Below are positions 25,547-37,869 of a stretch of DNA of 64,000 nucleotides, one piece after another. The stretch covers positions 206,212,001 to 206,276,000 of the forward strand of contig NC_042997.1 of the NCBI RefSeq assembly GCF_006345805.1, written 5' to 3'. The position numbers were made by a program, and so were the translations under genes. Numbering within the stretch: position 1 is the first letter of the stretch; each line of letters starts with the position of its first letter. Under the pieces are notes generated by a model. That model was not told the DNA's origin. It did no database searches and saw only the letters and a list, made by a program, of their open reading frames with translations. This DNA is from Octopus sinensis (Eukaryota).

Positions 25547-25756
25547 CATACCTTAGGTTTTGTTTTCTCTTCATTTTAAATTTCCTCCCTTCGTGTTGAA
25601 AACACATTTTCTTAATATCATATTTTATTTTCTTCAAATTAAGGAATCTTTTTCCCAGTGAGTATGCTTTCTCAAGCATGGCATTTTCTTTGTCACTAAA
25701 CATTCTTATGTTTTCTGGATTATTTTCATCAAAGTAAGACCATTGTGCAATGTCTT
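25547..25756 (-). CDS. PARP14: PARP14/15-like WWE-domain exon, 5' end lost in the assembly gap
   Basis: Open frame from the gap edge: DIAQWSYFDENNPENIRMFSDKENAMLEKAYSLGKRFLNLKKIKYDIKKMCFQHEGRKFKMKRKQNLRY. W-x-Y...F...N..LE.AY fits the WWE pattern. Donor G|gtacgt gives phase 1, matching the 12267 acceptor. Confidence 0.85.
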
Positions 25757-25856
25757 NNNNNNNNNNNNNNNNNNNNNNNNNNNNNNNNNNNNNNNNNNNN
25801 NNNNNNNNNNNNNNNNNNNNNNNNNNNNNNNNNNNNNNNNNNNNNNNNNNNNNNNN
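25757..25856. other. Assembly gap (100 N, likely a placeholder of unknown size)
   Basis: Run of exactly 100 N that cuts the WWE exon on one side and an RTE on the other. Confidence 0.99.
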
Positions 25857-27900
25857 AGATGCTCAAAATGTCTGGTAGTGTCGGCTATAGCCAGTCACCC
25901 GTATAGTAATATCAGGTGACTACACAAAGGAGTCATACCCAATGACTGGTGTAGCAGCATAATAGTCAACTGCTACAAAGGTAAAGGTGACGCCCTAGAT
26001 ACAAAGGTTACGGAGAGGGTCATAGCCCAACTAATTAGAGAGAGAGTTAGTTTAGATGAGATGCAGTTTGGGTTTGTGCCAGGGAAAAGTACTACTGATG
26101 CTATATTCCTGGTAAGGCAGCTGCAGGAGAAATACCTAGCCAAAGATAAGCCCCTGTACCTGGCTTTTGTTGACATGGAGAAAGCCTTCGACAGGGTCCC
26201 CCGATCCCTTATCTGGTGGGCAATGAGGAAACTAGGGATAGATGAATGGTTAGTGAGAGCTGTGCGGGCCATGTATAGGGACGCTGCTAGTAGGGTGAGG
26301 GTTGGAAACGAGTACAGGGAAGAATTCCGGGTAGTGGTAGGGGTCCACCAAGGCTCAGTACTCAGCCCCCTCCTATTTATCATAGTCCTCCAGGCAATAA
26401 CGGAGGAATTCAAGACAGGATGCCCTTGGGAGCTCCTCTATGCTGATGACCTTGCTCTAATTGCTGAGTCGCTATCAGAACTGGAGGAGAAGTTTCAGGT
26501 GTGGAAACAAGGATTAGAATCGAAGGGCCTCAGAGTCAATCTAGCTAAAACCAAAGTCGTAATCAGTAGGAAGGTAGACAAATCACAAACGCTTCAGGTA
26601 GATGGCCTGCTCGATCTATCTATAGAAAAGGCGTAGGTAGAAACTCTATAAGATGCACCAAGTGTAAGCTATGGACACATAAGAGGTGCAGCAATGTCAA
26701 AGGAAGGCTAACTAGGAAGAGGTTTTTGTATGTGGCAGATGCTCAGGAACAATAAACACTGAAAATGCGCTGAGACCAACTTCCGTCACTTTCCAGGGAG
26801 AGAAAAACTAGAAATAGTTGATAGTTTCCGTTACCTAGGTGACCAAGTCAGCAGTGGGGCGGGGGTGCGGTGTGCTGAAAGTGTAATGCTAGAGTAAGAA
26901 TAGCTTGGGCAAAGTTCAGAGAGCTCTTACCTCTGCTGGTGACAAAGGGCCTCTCGCACAGAGTGAAAGGCAGACTGTATGATGCGTGTGTACGAACAGC
27001 CATGCTACATGGCAGTGAAACATGGGCCGTGACTGCTGAGGATATGCGTAAGCTCGAAGAAATGAAGCCAGTATGCTCCGATGGATGTGTAATGTCAGTA
27101 CTCATACTCGGCAGAGTGTAAGTACCTTGAGAGAAAAGCTGGACCTAAGAAGCATCAGTTGTGGTGTGCAAGAGAGACGTTTGCGCTGGTATGGTCATGT
27201 GGCGAGAATGGATGAAGATAGTTGTATGAAAAAGTGCCACACCCTAGCGGTTGAGGAACCTGTGGAAGAGGCAGACCCAGGAAAACCTGGGACGAGGTGG
27301 TGAAGCACGACCTTCGAACTTTAGGTCTCACTGAGGAAATGACTAGAGACCGAGTCCTCTGGAAGTGTGCTGTGCGCGAGAAGACCCGGCAGGACAAGCG
27401 AGTCCATAACCCATAACCTTCTACATGGGATGGAGCCAGCCTACGTATGCATACCTTCCCTTCTTGGGACACAAAACTCTACTTGTGAAGACCCGTTGAG
27501 GCAAGTGAGGATCAGAATCGAAATCGATCAATGGAAATTGCAGATGTGTTACCAGTGCCGGTGGCATGTAAGAGAACCTTCCGGTTCGCGACCGTTGCCA
27601 GCACCTCCCGTTTCGTGTCCGTTGCCAGCCTCGCCTGGCCCTCGTGCCGGTGGCACATAAAAAGCACCATCCGTTCATGGCCGTTTGCCAGCTCTGTCGG
27701 GAACCTGTGCGGGTGGCATGTAAAAAAAAAGCACCCACTACACTCTCGGAGTGGTTGGCGTTAGGAAGGGCATCCAGCCATTAGAAACACTGCCAGATTG
27801 ACTGGGCCTGATGAAGCCTTGCAGCTTCAAGACCCCTAGAGTAGAACCGTCCAACCCATGCTAGCGTGGAAAACGGACGCTAAACGATGATGATGATGAT
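25857..27900 (+). mobile_element. RTE family A, relatively young copy
   Basis: 191-aa RT segment (QFGFVPG, VDMEKAFDRVP, YADDL), 3'UTR repeats, (GAT)n tail. Confidence 0.92.
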
Positions 27901-28209
27901 GTATACACATATATATACATTATAACATATATATATACATATACATATTTATATATATACATACCCAATACATATAACCATATACAGATATTTATACATA
28001 TACATATATATACATATATATACATATACATAGATATATATATATACATATATATACTATTACATATAATATATTACATATTATATATACATATATATAT
28101 ATACATATACATATATACATATAAATATATATACATATACATATATACATATACATATATATACATATACATATATATATATATATACATACATACATAT
28201 GTATGTATA

Positions 28210-28915
28210 TTGAGGTGAATTCAATATCTCTGGAGCATTGTCAACAACAACAATTTACGGTGTCATATGAAATTGTCCCCGTTATTTATGACATATTTTA
28301 TATCAGTTACGTTCGTATGAATAAAAGATTATCGTTATTAAACTTTTATTAATAAACTTATATTCTAAGTTCACCACATGTGCAGTTTTAATTTTCCCCT
28401 CTGTTGCACAGATACACACATTACATATATATTTGTTTGAGAAACAGATTGGGTTTATTTACATTTCTGAAGAAAAAAAGATACCCTTCCCCCCACCCCT
28501 AACCCTAAAACAGATTGAAATGCAATAGATCGATACTAGGGTCATAATTATTGGTGGACAAATAGGGAACGGTTTTGTTATCCAGCTCTGTTTACGAGTG
28601 ACCCCCTCAGTTTATGGCCACAGGGTATTTTTTTTCTCATAAATAACAGGGACAATTTTATATGACACCGGAAATAATTGTTGTTGACACAATACGGAAG
28701 AAATCGTTTTTACCTCAATAGACGTCATTGATTGGTTGAAATTGCCGAAATGCAAGAAATAGCTTACAAAATACAGAATTTTCTCAAGAAAGCCAAGAGA
28801 AAAAGATGTTTTATGCGACACATTCTACCAGTATACGAAGTTTAAAAGTGTTTAGTTACGAAGAAATTATTTTAAAAATCTGCCGGTCAAAGCGAAAAGA
28901 TCCCAGATACCAAAG
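28210..28915. mobile_element. Non-autonomous DNA element family with CCCTAA motifs
   Basis: Homologous copies at ~45305-45700 and ~46230-46750 (shared tacctcaatagacgtcattgattggttg and ccctaaccctaaaacagattg blocks). Confidence 0.65.
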
Positions 28916-29539
28916 TTAAAGAAGGCAAGTAATAAAGGACGTTACCGTATACATTTTTACAAACCAAGGATTTGATATAGACCTCCTTGACTCAAGTTAG
29001 GGAAGGGGTGCGAGTTATACACAAGGTTTCATTTTTCAGAGGTACAGCCCCCTAAAAATCCCCTGCGTATTATACTGAAGGGTGGGCTATACACGAGGAT
29101 TTACGGTACATAGTGTGTGACTGACTGAGAGAGAGAGAGAGAGAGAGAGGGAGAGGTGTGTTGCAAGAGAGAGGATGTGTTTGACAGAGAGAAAGGGGGA
29201 GAGAGTGATAACGTAAATTTTTTTCCGAGAAAAACTAAATAAAAAAAAAAGGAAAATTTACTCATTCAGTCTCTCTCTCTCTCTCTCACACACACACAGC
29301 AACAGAAACCTGTCTGTCTGTCTGTCTCTTCGTCAATCATTCACACACTAAAAAAAGCATCGAGAAAACATAAATAAAATGTACGCTGTCACAAACACAC
29401 ACTTTGTTCCTCCTCCCCCATACGTTCATGTCTATTTCCTCTCCCTTTCACTTTTTGCTGACTTCAAAGAAAATGTCCATTTCCACCCATAAAATAAATA
29501 AATATAATTTTTTTTTTACGGAAATTAACGAACGCAGGA

Positions 29540-29875
29540 GTAAGTAGCGCGCCTACTAACCGCATGGTTCCGGGTTCAGTCCCACTACAGCCGCGGACCG
29601 ACCAAAGCCGTGTGAGTGGATTTGGTAGACGGAAACTGAAAGAAACCCGCGGTATATATGTATATGTTTGTGTGTCTATGTTTGTCCCCCTCTCCAACAT
29701 CGCTTCATAACCGATGCTGGTGTGTTTACGTCCCCGTAACCTAGCGGTTCCGCGAAAGAAACCGATAGAATAAATACTAGGCTTACAAAGAATAAGTCCT
29801 GGGATCGATTTGCTCGACTACAGGCGGTGCTCCAGCATGGCCGCAGTCAAATGACTGAAACAAGTAAAAGAGAAC
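29540..29875 (+). mobile_element. tRNA-derived SINE, type 2
   Basis: ggttcagtcccact head; tail gctccagcatggccgcagtcaaatgactgaaacaagtaaaag. Copies at 31705-31900 (-), 33340-33655 (+), 33680-33815 (-), 62525-62915 (-). Confidence 0.8.
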
Positions 29876-30734
29876 GCTGTACCTTAATAACTAATTGATT
29901 TTTGGGCGATCTTTCGTCTCTAGTAGACCTTTCCGTCGATTTCCGTGAAAAACTTCTTTTTTTTTTTACATATGGGCTTGCGAGAACTTTTGAAGTAATG
30001 AGAGCGAAAGAGACTAAGAGAAAGCGATTGTATGACGAGGGAAGTTCTTTTGAAGTTACCGTGCATGTGAAGCATTTATGTATATGTGTGTGTGTGTGTG
30101 TTTGATGGGGTGTGGGAGACAGAAAGTATGTTGTGTAAGTGAAGTGCTTCTGTTAGTGTGTGTGAAAGAAGGAGGTAACTGAAATTTTTTACTCGGTGTA
30201 TGTGTATATGTATATTAAATAAAAAAAAGTTTGTCTATATCTTCGGTCACTGTCATTATTCCATTGAGTCAACCTCATTATTTTCTACATAGCAGACCGT
30301 TACATAAACAGGCAGAGGTAATCTTTCGTTTTAACTCGAAATAATGTAAACACTGAATCGGCCATACATACACACATACATACACACACACATACATGCA
30401 TACATACATATACACATACACCGAGTAAAAAAATTCAGTTATCTCTCTCTTTCACACACACTAACAGAAGCACTTCACTTACACAACATACTGTCTGTCT
30501 CCCACACCCCATCAAACATCGTTCCGAAAGATTGCCAATTAGGCGATGGTAACAGCGGAGCCGCACGCACACACCTTCGAGCTTCGAGTCAAAATGAAAG
30601 ATTGCACCTTTTTTTATTTATTTTTTTTCCTGTTACCTTAAATTTCGATGTAGTCGTAATTCTACCCCATCTGAAAAGCATTCCTGGAAAATTGCAATAG
30701 AAAAATATATACATTTTTTCTGAGAGCTAAGTGA

Positions 30735-31158
30735 AAACAACCCCCCACCCTCCATCAGACACCTACCATATTCTGAGCGCCTTGTTTCCCTGGGCATGGA
30801 TTCACTGAAGCTCCGGCGTCTGGCGACGGACTTGGTAAACACCCACAAAGTTATCAACCACCTCACCAACAACAACACTGAATACCTTTTTGATCTCCAT
30901 GTGTCTAACACACGTGGACATGCCTACAAAGTCAGAAAACAACACAGCTCCCATAACTTTCGGAAACATTTTTTCACGCTCAGAGTTGCTGAAGCATGGA
31001 ATAAACTGCCTGCGTCAGTTGTTGACTGCCATAACACTGCATCCTTTAAGGCCCTCATGCTTTCCGAAATCCGCCGAAACTACACCTGATTATATATACA
31101 CTTTAGATGAGTTGTAGTGCACCTGAGCACTGTACACAATTATTATTATTATTATTAT
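30735..31158 (+). mobile_element. CR1-clade LINE 3' end with (ATT)n tail
   Basis: LPYSERLVSLGMDSL..RR..TRGH.YK..FFTLRVAEAWNKLP; same family as 46755-48050. Confidence 0.9.
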
Positions 31159-31263
31159 AATGTACTGAATAGCATGGAAAGCCACTTTGTAAAGTATTTG
31201 TAAAGTAATTGAGAGATAGAGGAGAAAGAAATTAAATTAGGAAGATACAATGTAAAAACTTAC

Positions 31264-31400
31264 CTCGTAACAACTCTAAGCAAAACTGTAATTTGAATAT
31301 TTATTCCATGGTTTTTAGGCCGATAATTAGTTAAATAGCAGCTTTATATGACATCAATGTTTTTCCAAGAAAACTCCCCTCCGTAACCCTTCTCTCATTC
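31264..31400 (-). other. Putative non-coding first exon (5'UTR) of the minus-strand PARP gene
   Basis: Ends CAGTTTTGCTTAGAGTTGTTACGAG|gtaagt. Homologous over ~170 bp to the plus-strand unit ending at 44111. The 5' boundary is approximate. Confidence 0.55.
31363..31371. promoter_or_regulatory. GAS (STAT-type) palindrome TTCCAAGAA
   Basis: Aligns to the GAS at 44007-44015; the spacer differs while the half-sites are kept. Confidence 0.4.
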
Positions 31401-31538
31401 ATACAATTCACTCCTACGAAAAATTTGCAATAAAAGTTTATAACTTTTTACAACACACGACACGAAGGACACTTTACAAAAGAAAAAAACCGGCAATTGT
31501 TTTAACAGGAAATACAGGCGAATGTAGGTTAGAGAAAA

Positions 31539-31548
31539 TTTCACTTTC
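31539..31548. promoter_or_regulatory. IRF-type element TTTCACTTTC (GAAAGTGAAA)
   Basis: Lies about 150 bp upstream of the putative minus-strand first exon. Confidence 0.35.
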
Positions 31549-31904
31549 ATTTTTGTCGTTCACCTCGGTAAAATTTATCTGGTTCTGTTTTAAGCCACAA
31601 TCCGTCAGTGTGTGCACTCGCACGCTCACACTTTTTGGCGTGTTTTTTCTATTAACCTTCACACACGTACGTATATACATATTTTTTTAACTTTCTATAT
31701 ATACCCTTTTATTCTCTTAATTGTCTCAGGCATTTGACTGTGGCCATGCTGGAGCACCGCCTTTGTCGAGAAAATCGACCCCAGGGATTATTCTTTGTAA
31801 GCCTACTATTCGATTGGTTTCTTTTGCCGAACCGCTGCATACAGGACGTAAGCACACCAACATCGTTTGTGAAGCTATGGAGGGAGGACAAACACAGACA
31901 CACA

Positions 31905-31946
<42 letters not shown>

Positions 31947-32519
31947 AAGAATTCACAAAACAAAAACAAAAGACGAAGACAGGTGGTGTAGATAACAAAC
32001 AGTTGTATTAGTATAACAAATATATACGTGTATATATATATCAACAATCGAGGAACGGCCATAATAGGCCATTCACCCACTAGAAATAACAGCCAAAGCT
32101 TCAACCGCAAAATAACATTAATTCCGCAAACCAGGAGAAAATTAAAAAACATTTACCCTGTAATTTCTTATACGATGCACCGTTTCATCTACTGTTTAAT
32201 GGTAAACTAACCTGATTAAATTAAATCAAGCCAATCTTCCATAGGCCCTTAGATTCGTCAGTAAGAAATAGCCAGATCGGAACAGATATTTTCACGAGGC
32301 ATTTCTGTCCCTGCCTCGGCAATATCTGACCTAAAATTTTCAAATCATCGCACTCGCCGCCAAATTTATCGGCAGCAAATAAATATAAGCCGCCGATTCC
32401 ATTACGGAATCAACCAGAAAATTCATAATTAATCAATATAGGGTGGCAAAAAATTTTGTAGAATTTTTTTGCCACCAGCGTGTATATATATATATATATA
32501 TAGTATAACAAATATATAC

Positions 32520-32566
<47 letters not shown>

Positions 32567-32839
32567 TATATATATATATATAATATATATATATACGTAT
32601 GTGTGTGTGTGCATATATATATATGTATAAGGCGAGCTGGCGGGCGAAATGCGTAGCCATATTTCGTCTGCCATTACATTCTGGGTTCAAATTCCGTCGA
32701 GGTCGACTTTGCCTTTCAGCCTTTCGGGGTCGATAAATTAAGTATCAGTTACGTACTGGGGTCGATGTAATCGACTTAATCCCTTTGTCTGTCCTTGTTT
32801 AGCCCCTTGTGGGTAGTAAAGAAATATATATATATCATC

Positions 32840-33320
32840 ATCATCATTAACGTCCGCTTTCCATGCTAGCATGGGTTGGACGGTTCAACTGGGGTCTGGG
32901 AAGCCAGAAGGCTGCACCAGGCCAGTCAGATCTGGCAGTGTTTCTACAGCTGGATGCCCTTCCTAACGCCAACCACTCCGAGAGTGTAGTGGGTGGTTTT
33001 ATGTGCCACTGACACAGGTGCCAGACGAGGCTGGCGAACGGCCACGCTCGGATGGTGTTTTTTATGTGCCACCAACACAGGTGCCAGACGAGGTTGGCGA
33101 ACGGCCTCGCTCGGATGGTGTTTTTATGTGCCACCGACACAGGTGCCAGACGAGGCTGGCGAACGGCCACGATTGGATGGTGTTTGTTACGTGCCCACAG
33201 CACGGAGGCCAGTCGATGCAGTACTGGCTACGGCCACATTCGGATGGTTTTCTTATGTGCCACCGGCACCACAAAGATACAAATTCCATTGATGTTCATC
33301 GATTTTGATTTGGTTTGATT
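32840..33320 (-). mobile_element. RTE family A 3'UTR with an expanded ~62-bp repeat array
   Basis: (CAT)n, then aacgtccgctttccatgctagc, then ~5 repeat units. Confidence 0.85.
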
Positions 33321-34284
33321 TTCATATATATATATATAGCTTGCTTACCAACCACATGGTTCCGGGATCAGTCCCACTGCATGGCATCTTGGGCAAGTGT
33401 CTTCAACTATAGCCTCGGGCCGACCAAAGTGAATTTGGTAGACGGAAACTGAAAGAAGCCTGTCGTATATATGTATATATGTATCTGTGTGTCTGTGTTT
33501 GTCCCTCCACCATCGCTTGACAACTGATGTTGGTGTGTTCACGTACCTGTAACTTAGTGGTTTGGCAAAAGAGACCAATAGAATAAGTACTGGGGTCAAT
33601 TTGTTTGACTAAAGGTGGTGCTTCAGCATGGCCACAGTCAAATGACTGAAATATAGAAAAAAAAGAAAGTAAAAGAATATATATACGACAGGCTTCTCTC
33701 AGTTTCCATCAACCAAATCCACTCACAAGGCTTTGGTCAGCCTGAGGCTATATAATAGAAGACACTTGCCCAAGGTGCCATGCAGTGGGACTGAACCCAG
33801 AACCATGTGGTTGGTAATTTAGATCTGTTTTTCACATCAAGTCACCATTTTAGATGATCTGTTTGTATCATGGTTGTGGAGCCATCTAAATATGACTCTA
33901 TTCAGAAGGACGTAATATCCTTTGATAGGAACACAGTAAAAAGAATACATAAAACAAATCTGTAACTTTAAATGCCTTTAATGTTGGCAACACGTATATA
34001 TGCAAGCTGAATGATAAATGCAAATGGTTTGATACATAGGGGCCACGATCTGCCTCCTGTGCATTGCCTCCTGTGTGCTAGTCGCTATGTGTTGTGACAG
34101 AGAGCCAACTAGTTTATATCTTTATGGTCTGATGTCTTGATAAGAAAAGAGAAAGTTGCAAGGCCTCATGTCAGAATCTCACTGCTGCTTGCGCCATCTA
34201 GCTGAGCTTGTTTTAACCTGCTGTCGAGGGAGGTAACTGTGCCTACAGTAAGCAAGCTGCTTACCATAAAGACACTCCTGCACC

Positions 34285-34315
<31 letters not shown>

Positions 34316-34551
34316 TAATAAATATTAGGGAATAAATCCAAATTTACAGGGAAAAATCAGATTTAGGATTGAATCCAATTTTATAGTAAAATATTATATA
34401 ATATTAATTAGAGACAAAACCACTATTTTGCAAATCAAACAAAGAAAGACTTAATCCAATACATAAAAAATTTTTTATGTATTGGATTAAGTCTTTCTTT
34501 GTTGATTTGCAAAATAGTGGTTTTGTCTCTAATTAATATATATATATATCT

Positions 34552-34583
<32 letters not shown>

Positions 34584-34601
34584 ATATATATATATATATA
34601 T

Positions 34602-37600
34602 ACATGGTTGGATCGTCGGCGACTAAACTGACAACCCCACCAGGCTCGCTTGGTGAGGAGGGTGCTGTTGGACACACTGTGGGATGAAAAATAAGACCCA
34701 TCAAAGCGCAGATGAACTCCTGAACAGTCAACAGCCATCCAACAAGATGCCGGCCTGCCCGCCCAGCCAGTGGGATGGCGTCATCTTATGGCTAAAACAG
34801 CACAAAGAATGAAGAGAAAAGAAAAAGGGCCTCAGTACCCTGCATGTCAATTGGGCCACTCCATGACTGTGGAGTGCAACCCAAGCGACAAGAGGCTGCT
34901 AAGAATCACAGGTTCCCAAGGGCCGTCATGGAACAGGACTAACCTTGCCATATGCATTTACAACTGCAGGTCCGTGGCAGGGTGGCAAGAACTGAACCAC
35001 CTAATGGAGGAGAGGAAGAAGATCAGGTGCAACGTGTTAGGGCTGTGAAAGACATTTTGGAAGAAGGAAGCGAGTATACGATGGCAAGATGGAAGCACTG
35101 TGAGATTAGGGAGAGCAGAAGGTACTAGATCGGTCGGAGGTATCGGATTCATCATAAGTAGAGAATGGGCTTCGGGGGTCGCTTCTTGCCAGTTCATATC
35201 ATCACGGATTGGTGTACTGAATCTGAACTTTTCAGGGAAGGCCACCCTCAAGATTGTTCAGACCTATGCTTCCACAAGTACCAGCGACGACGACAAGGTG
35301 GAAGAATTCTATCGACAGCTAGACAAAGGGCTGGCTGTGAAGTCCACTTACACTGTTGTGATGGGAGACTTCAACGCAAAGGTTGGACATGGACAACAAG
35401 GGGAGGAGTACGTCAAGAGATTCGGCATAGGAGAGAGAAACAAGAGGGGAGAACATTTTGCTACCATGGCAGAGGCGAGGCGGCTCTACATCGGAAACAG
35501 CCTATTCAAGAAGAGGGAGAAGAGATGGACCTGGATATCGCCGAACTCTAAGCACTGAAGTGAGATCAACTACATCCTGGTTGATAAGCGATGCATATTA
35601 CATGACGTCTCCGTCGTGACGCCATTCAACACTGGCAGTGATCATCGTCTGGTGAGGGCGAGGGTCATCATAAACAGGAAGAGGGAGAAGATGGCGCTGT
35701 ATTTGGCGTCGAAGGGAAAACTTGTCCGAGTCTACAACGAGGTAAAGCTGCAGGAAAACTGGTGCCAAGGAGATGACATAGACGATGACTACAACTCACT
35801 GATAGGGAAACTGAATGAGTGTTTCAGGAAGGCTAAAGGAGTATGTCTAAGAGAGAAGAAGGGAAGAATCTTGGAAGAAACTACGAAGTTACTTGAGAAG
35901 AGGAAACATGAAGAGGACTATTGATGATCACCTTGAATATTCCCTTCTCAGCAGAGTGATTCGTCAGCAACTAAAGAAAGACTTTGAGGTATACCAGATA
36001 GAGAAGCTCTTGAAGGCCGCAGAGGAAAAGAAGAGCCTCAAGAAATGCAAGAGGAACATGGTACTATATAGATCGGAAGTGATGGCCCTGAAAAATACAG
36101 ATGGAATACCAGTCAACGATAAGAGTGAGATGGAAAATGTTTGCGAAGACTTCTACATCAAGCTCTTTAAGTCTACCAGAAATGTCCAGCCATTACCACC
36201 ACTCCAACAGGAAGAAAATGTGCCACCTATCCTTGTCAGTGAGGCTGAAAGAGCTATCGGCTTGATGAAAAATGGAAAGGCGCCAGGGAAAGACGGTATA
36301 ACATCGGAGGTGATAAAGTCAGGCAGAGAGCAGCTCTGGAAAATCCTCGCTGAGCGATTGACGCACTATCTAGATGAAGGAAGAACTCCCTCGCAGTGGA
36401 AAGAGTCAAATACCATCCTGCTGTATAAGAAGGGCGACAGAGAAGATCTAAAGAACTACCGACCCATTTGCCTGCTGTCTCACGTGTACAAGCTGTTCAC
36501 AAAGGTAATTCTGAACAGGTTGTCACGTCATCTCGAGACAAACAACAACCGAGGGAGCAAGCCAGCTTCCAGAAGAACCACAGCACAATGGACCATATAT
36601 TTACTCTAACACAACTGCTTGAGTGAGCGAATGAGTACAAGCTGCCTCTTTGCGTTGCATTTGTAGACTATGAGAAGGCCTTCGACAGTGTCGAAACCAA
36701 TGCAGTGCTGAACTCACTGCAGAGGCAAGGAGTTGAGGTGCAATATGTGCAACTGCTCAGGGAAGCAAATTCCGGATGCACCACCAACATAGCTCTGCTG
36801 TCATCACCCGTAAAAGTGCTGGTCGAGAAGGGAGTGAAGCAAGGAGATACAATCTCCCCAAAACTTTTCACCGCATGTCTCAAGCTGATCATCAGAGGCA
36901 TCGACTGGCAAGGTGGTGTCAACATCAATGGCGAGCTCCTCACCCACCTCTGTTTCGCTGATGACATCGTACTCATCGTTGAAACCATGGATCAGCTTCA
37001 GACCATGCTGACGGAGCTCGACATCAAAAGTTTTGCAGTAGGTCTCCAGATGAACCGCATGAAAATGAAGTTCATGCGGCCAGACAACGTACTGACAGGT
37101 CAAATGGTGATCGGCAGTGATGAAATAGAGGAGGTGAGGGAATATGTCTACCTGGGACAGGAAGTAAATATGTGCCGGGATATCAAAAAGGAGATCTCAC
37201 GGAGAGTAAGGGCTGGATGGAAGGCGTTCAATGGCATAAGGGATGTGCTGAAGGGAAGGTTGGACAGGACCACCCATGCCAACCTCATCAACAGCACAGT
37301 TTTTCCTGCAATGTTATATGGTAGTGAAACATGGGCTACCACAAAGAGAGAAGAGCAGAGACTGGTAACGGCTAAAAGAGCCATGGAAAGGGCAATGCTT
37401 GGAATCTCATTGAGAGAGCACATCAGTAGCGAGGTCATCAGAAAGAAGTCCAGCATGAGGGATGTCATAGCAGAGTATACATGCAGCAAGTTTAGATGGG
37501 CTGGACACGTTGCCCGGCTCACCGATAATCAGTGGACCCGCGCAGTTGTCGAGTGGTATCCGCGCGAGCGGAAACGACCACCCGGAAGGCCTTCACAACA

Positions 37601-37729
37601 GTGGAGTTACGATTTCAGGAGGACAATTGGGATCATGTGGATGAGAAAGGCACGATCTAGAGAGGAGTGGACAGCGTGCTGTGACCAGCAGTGTCAAATA
37701 GACGCCTGACGGACTGGTCGGTCAAGGTG

Positions 37730-37731
<2 letters not shown>
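34602..37731 (+). mobile_element. Near full-length RTE-clade LINE (family B) within a (TA)n tract
   Basis: 5'UTR, APE (VVMGDFNAKVG), RT (NYRPICLL, VDYEKAFDSV, GVKQGD, FADDI); a few stops/frameshifts; (TA)n on both sides. Confidence 0.93.
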
Positions 37732-37768
<37 letters not shown>

Positions 37769-37869
37769 ATATATATATATATATATATAAGATATATATA
37801 TATATATATAAAGATATATATATATATAAAGATATATAGATATATATACACGCACACACACACGCATAT

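Noticed and set aside
25551-25552. Alternative donor AG|GTATGG for the WWE exon
   Set aside because: It gives phase 2, incompatible with the phase-1 acceptor at 12267. G|GTACGT was chosen, though an unseen intermediate exon cannot be excluded.
32995-33275. CRISPR-like appearance of the conserved-core repeats
   Set aside because: The intervening parts are homologous to each other rather than unique spacers, the array lies in a LINE 3'UTR, and the context is eukaryotic with no cas genes.
34602-37731. Intact, autonomous RTE
   Set aside because: The ORF is broken by stops and frameshifts into at least four pieces.
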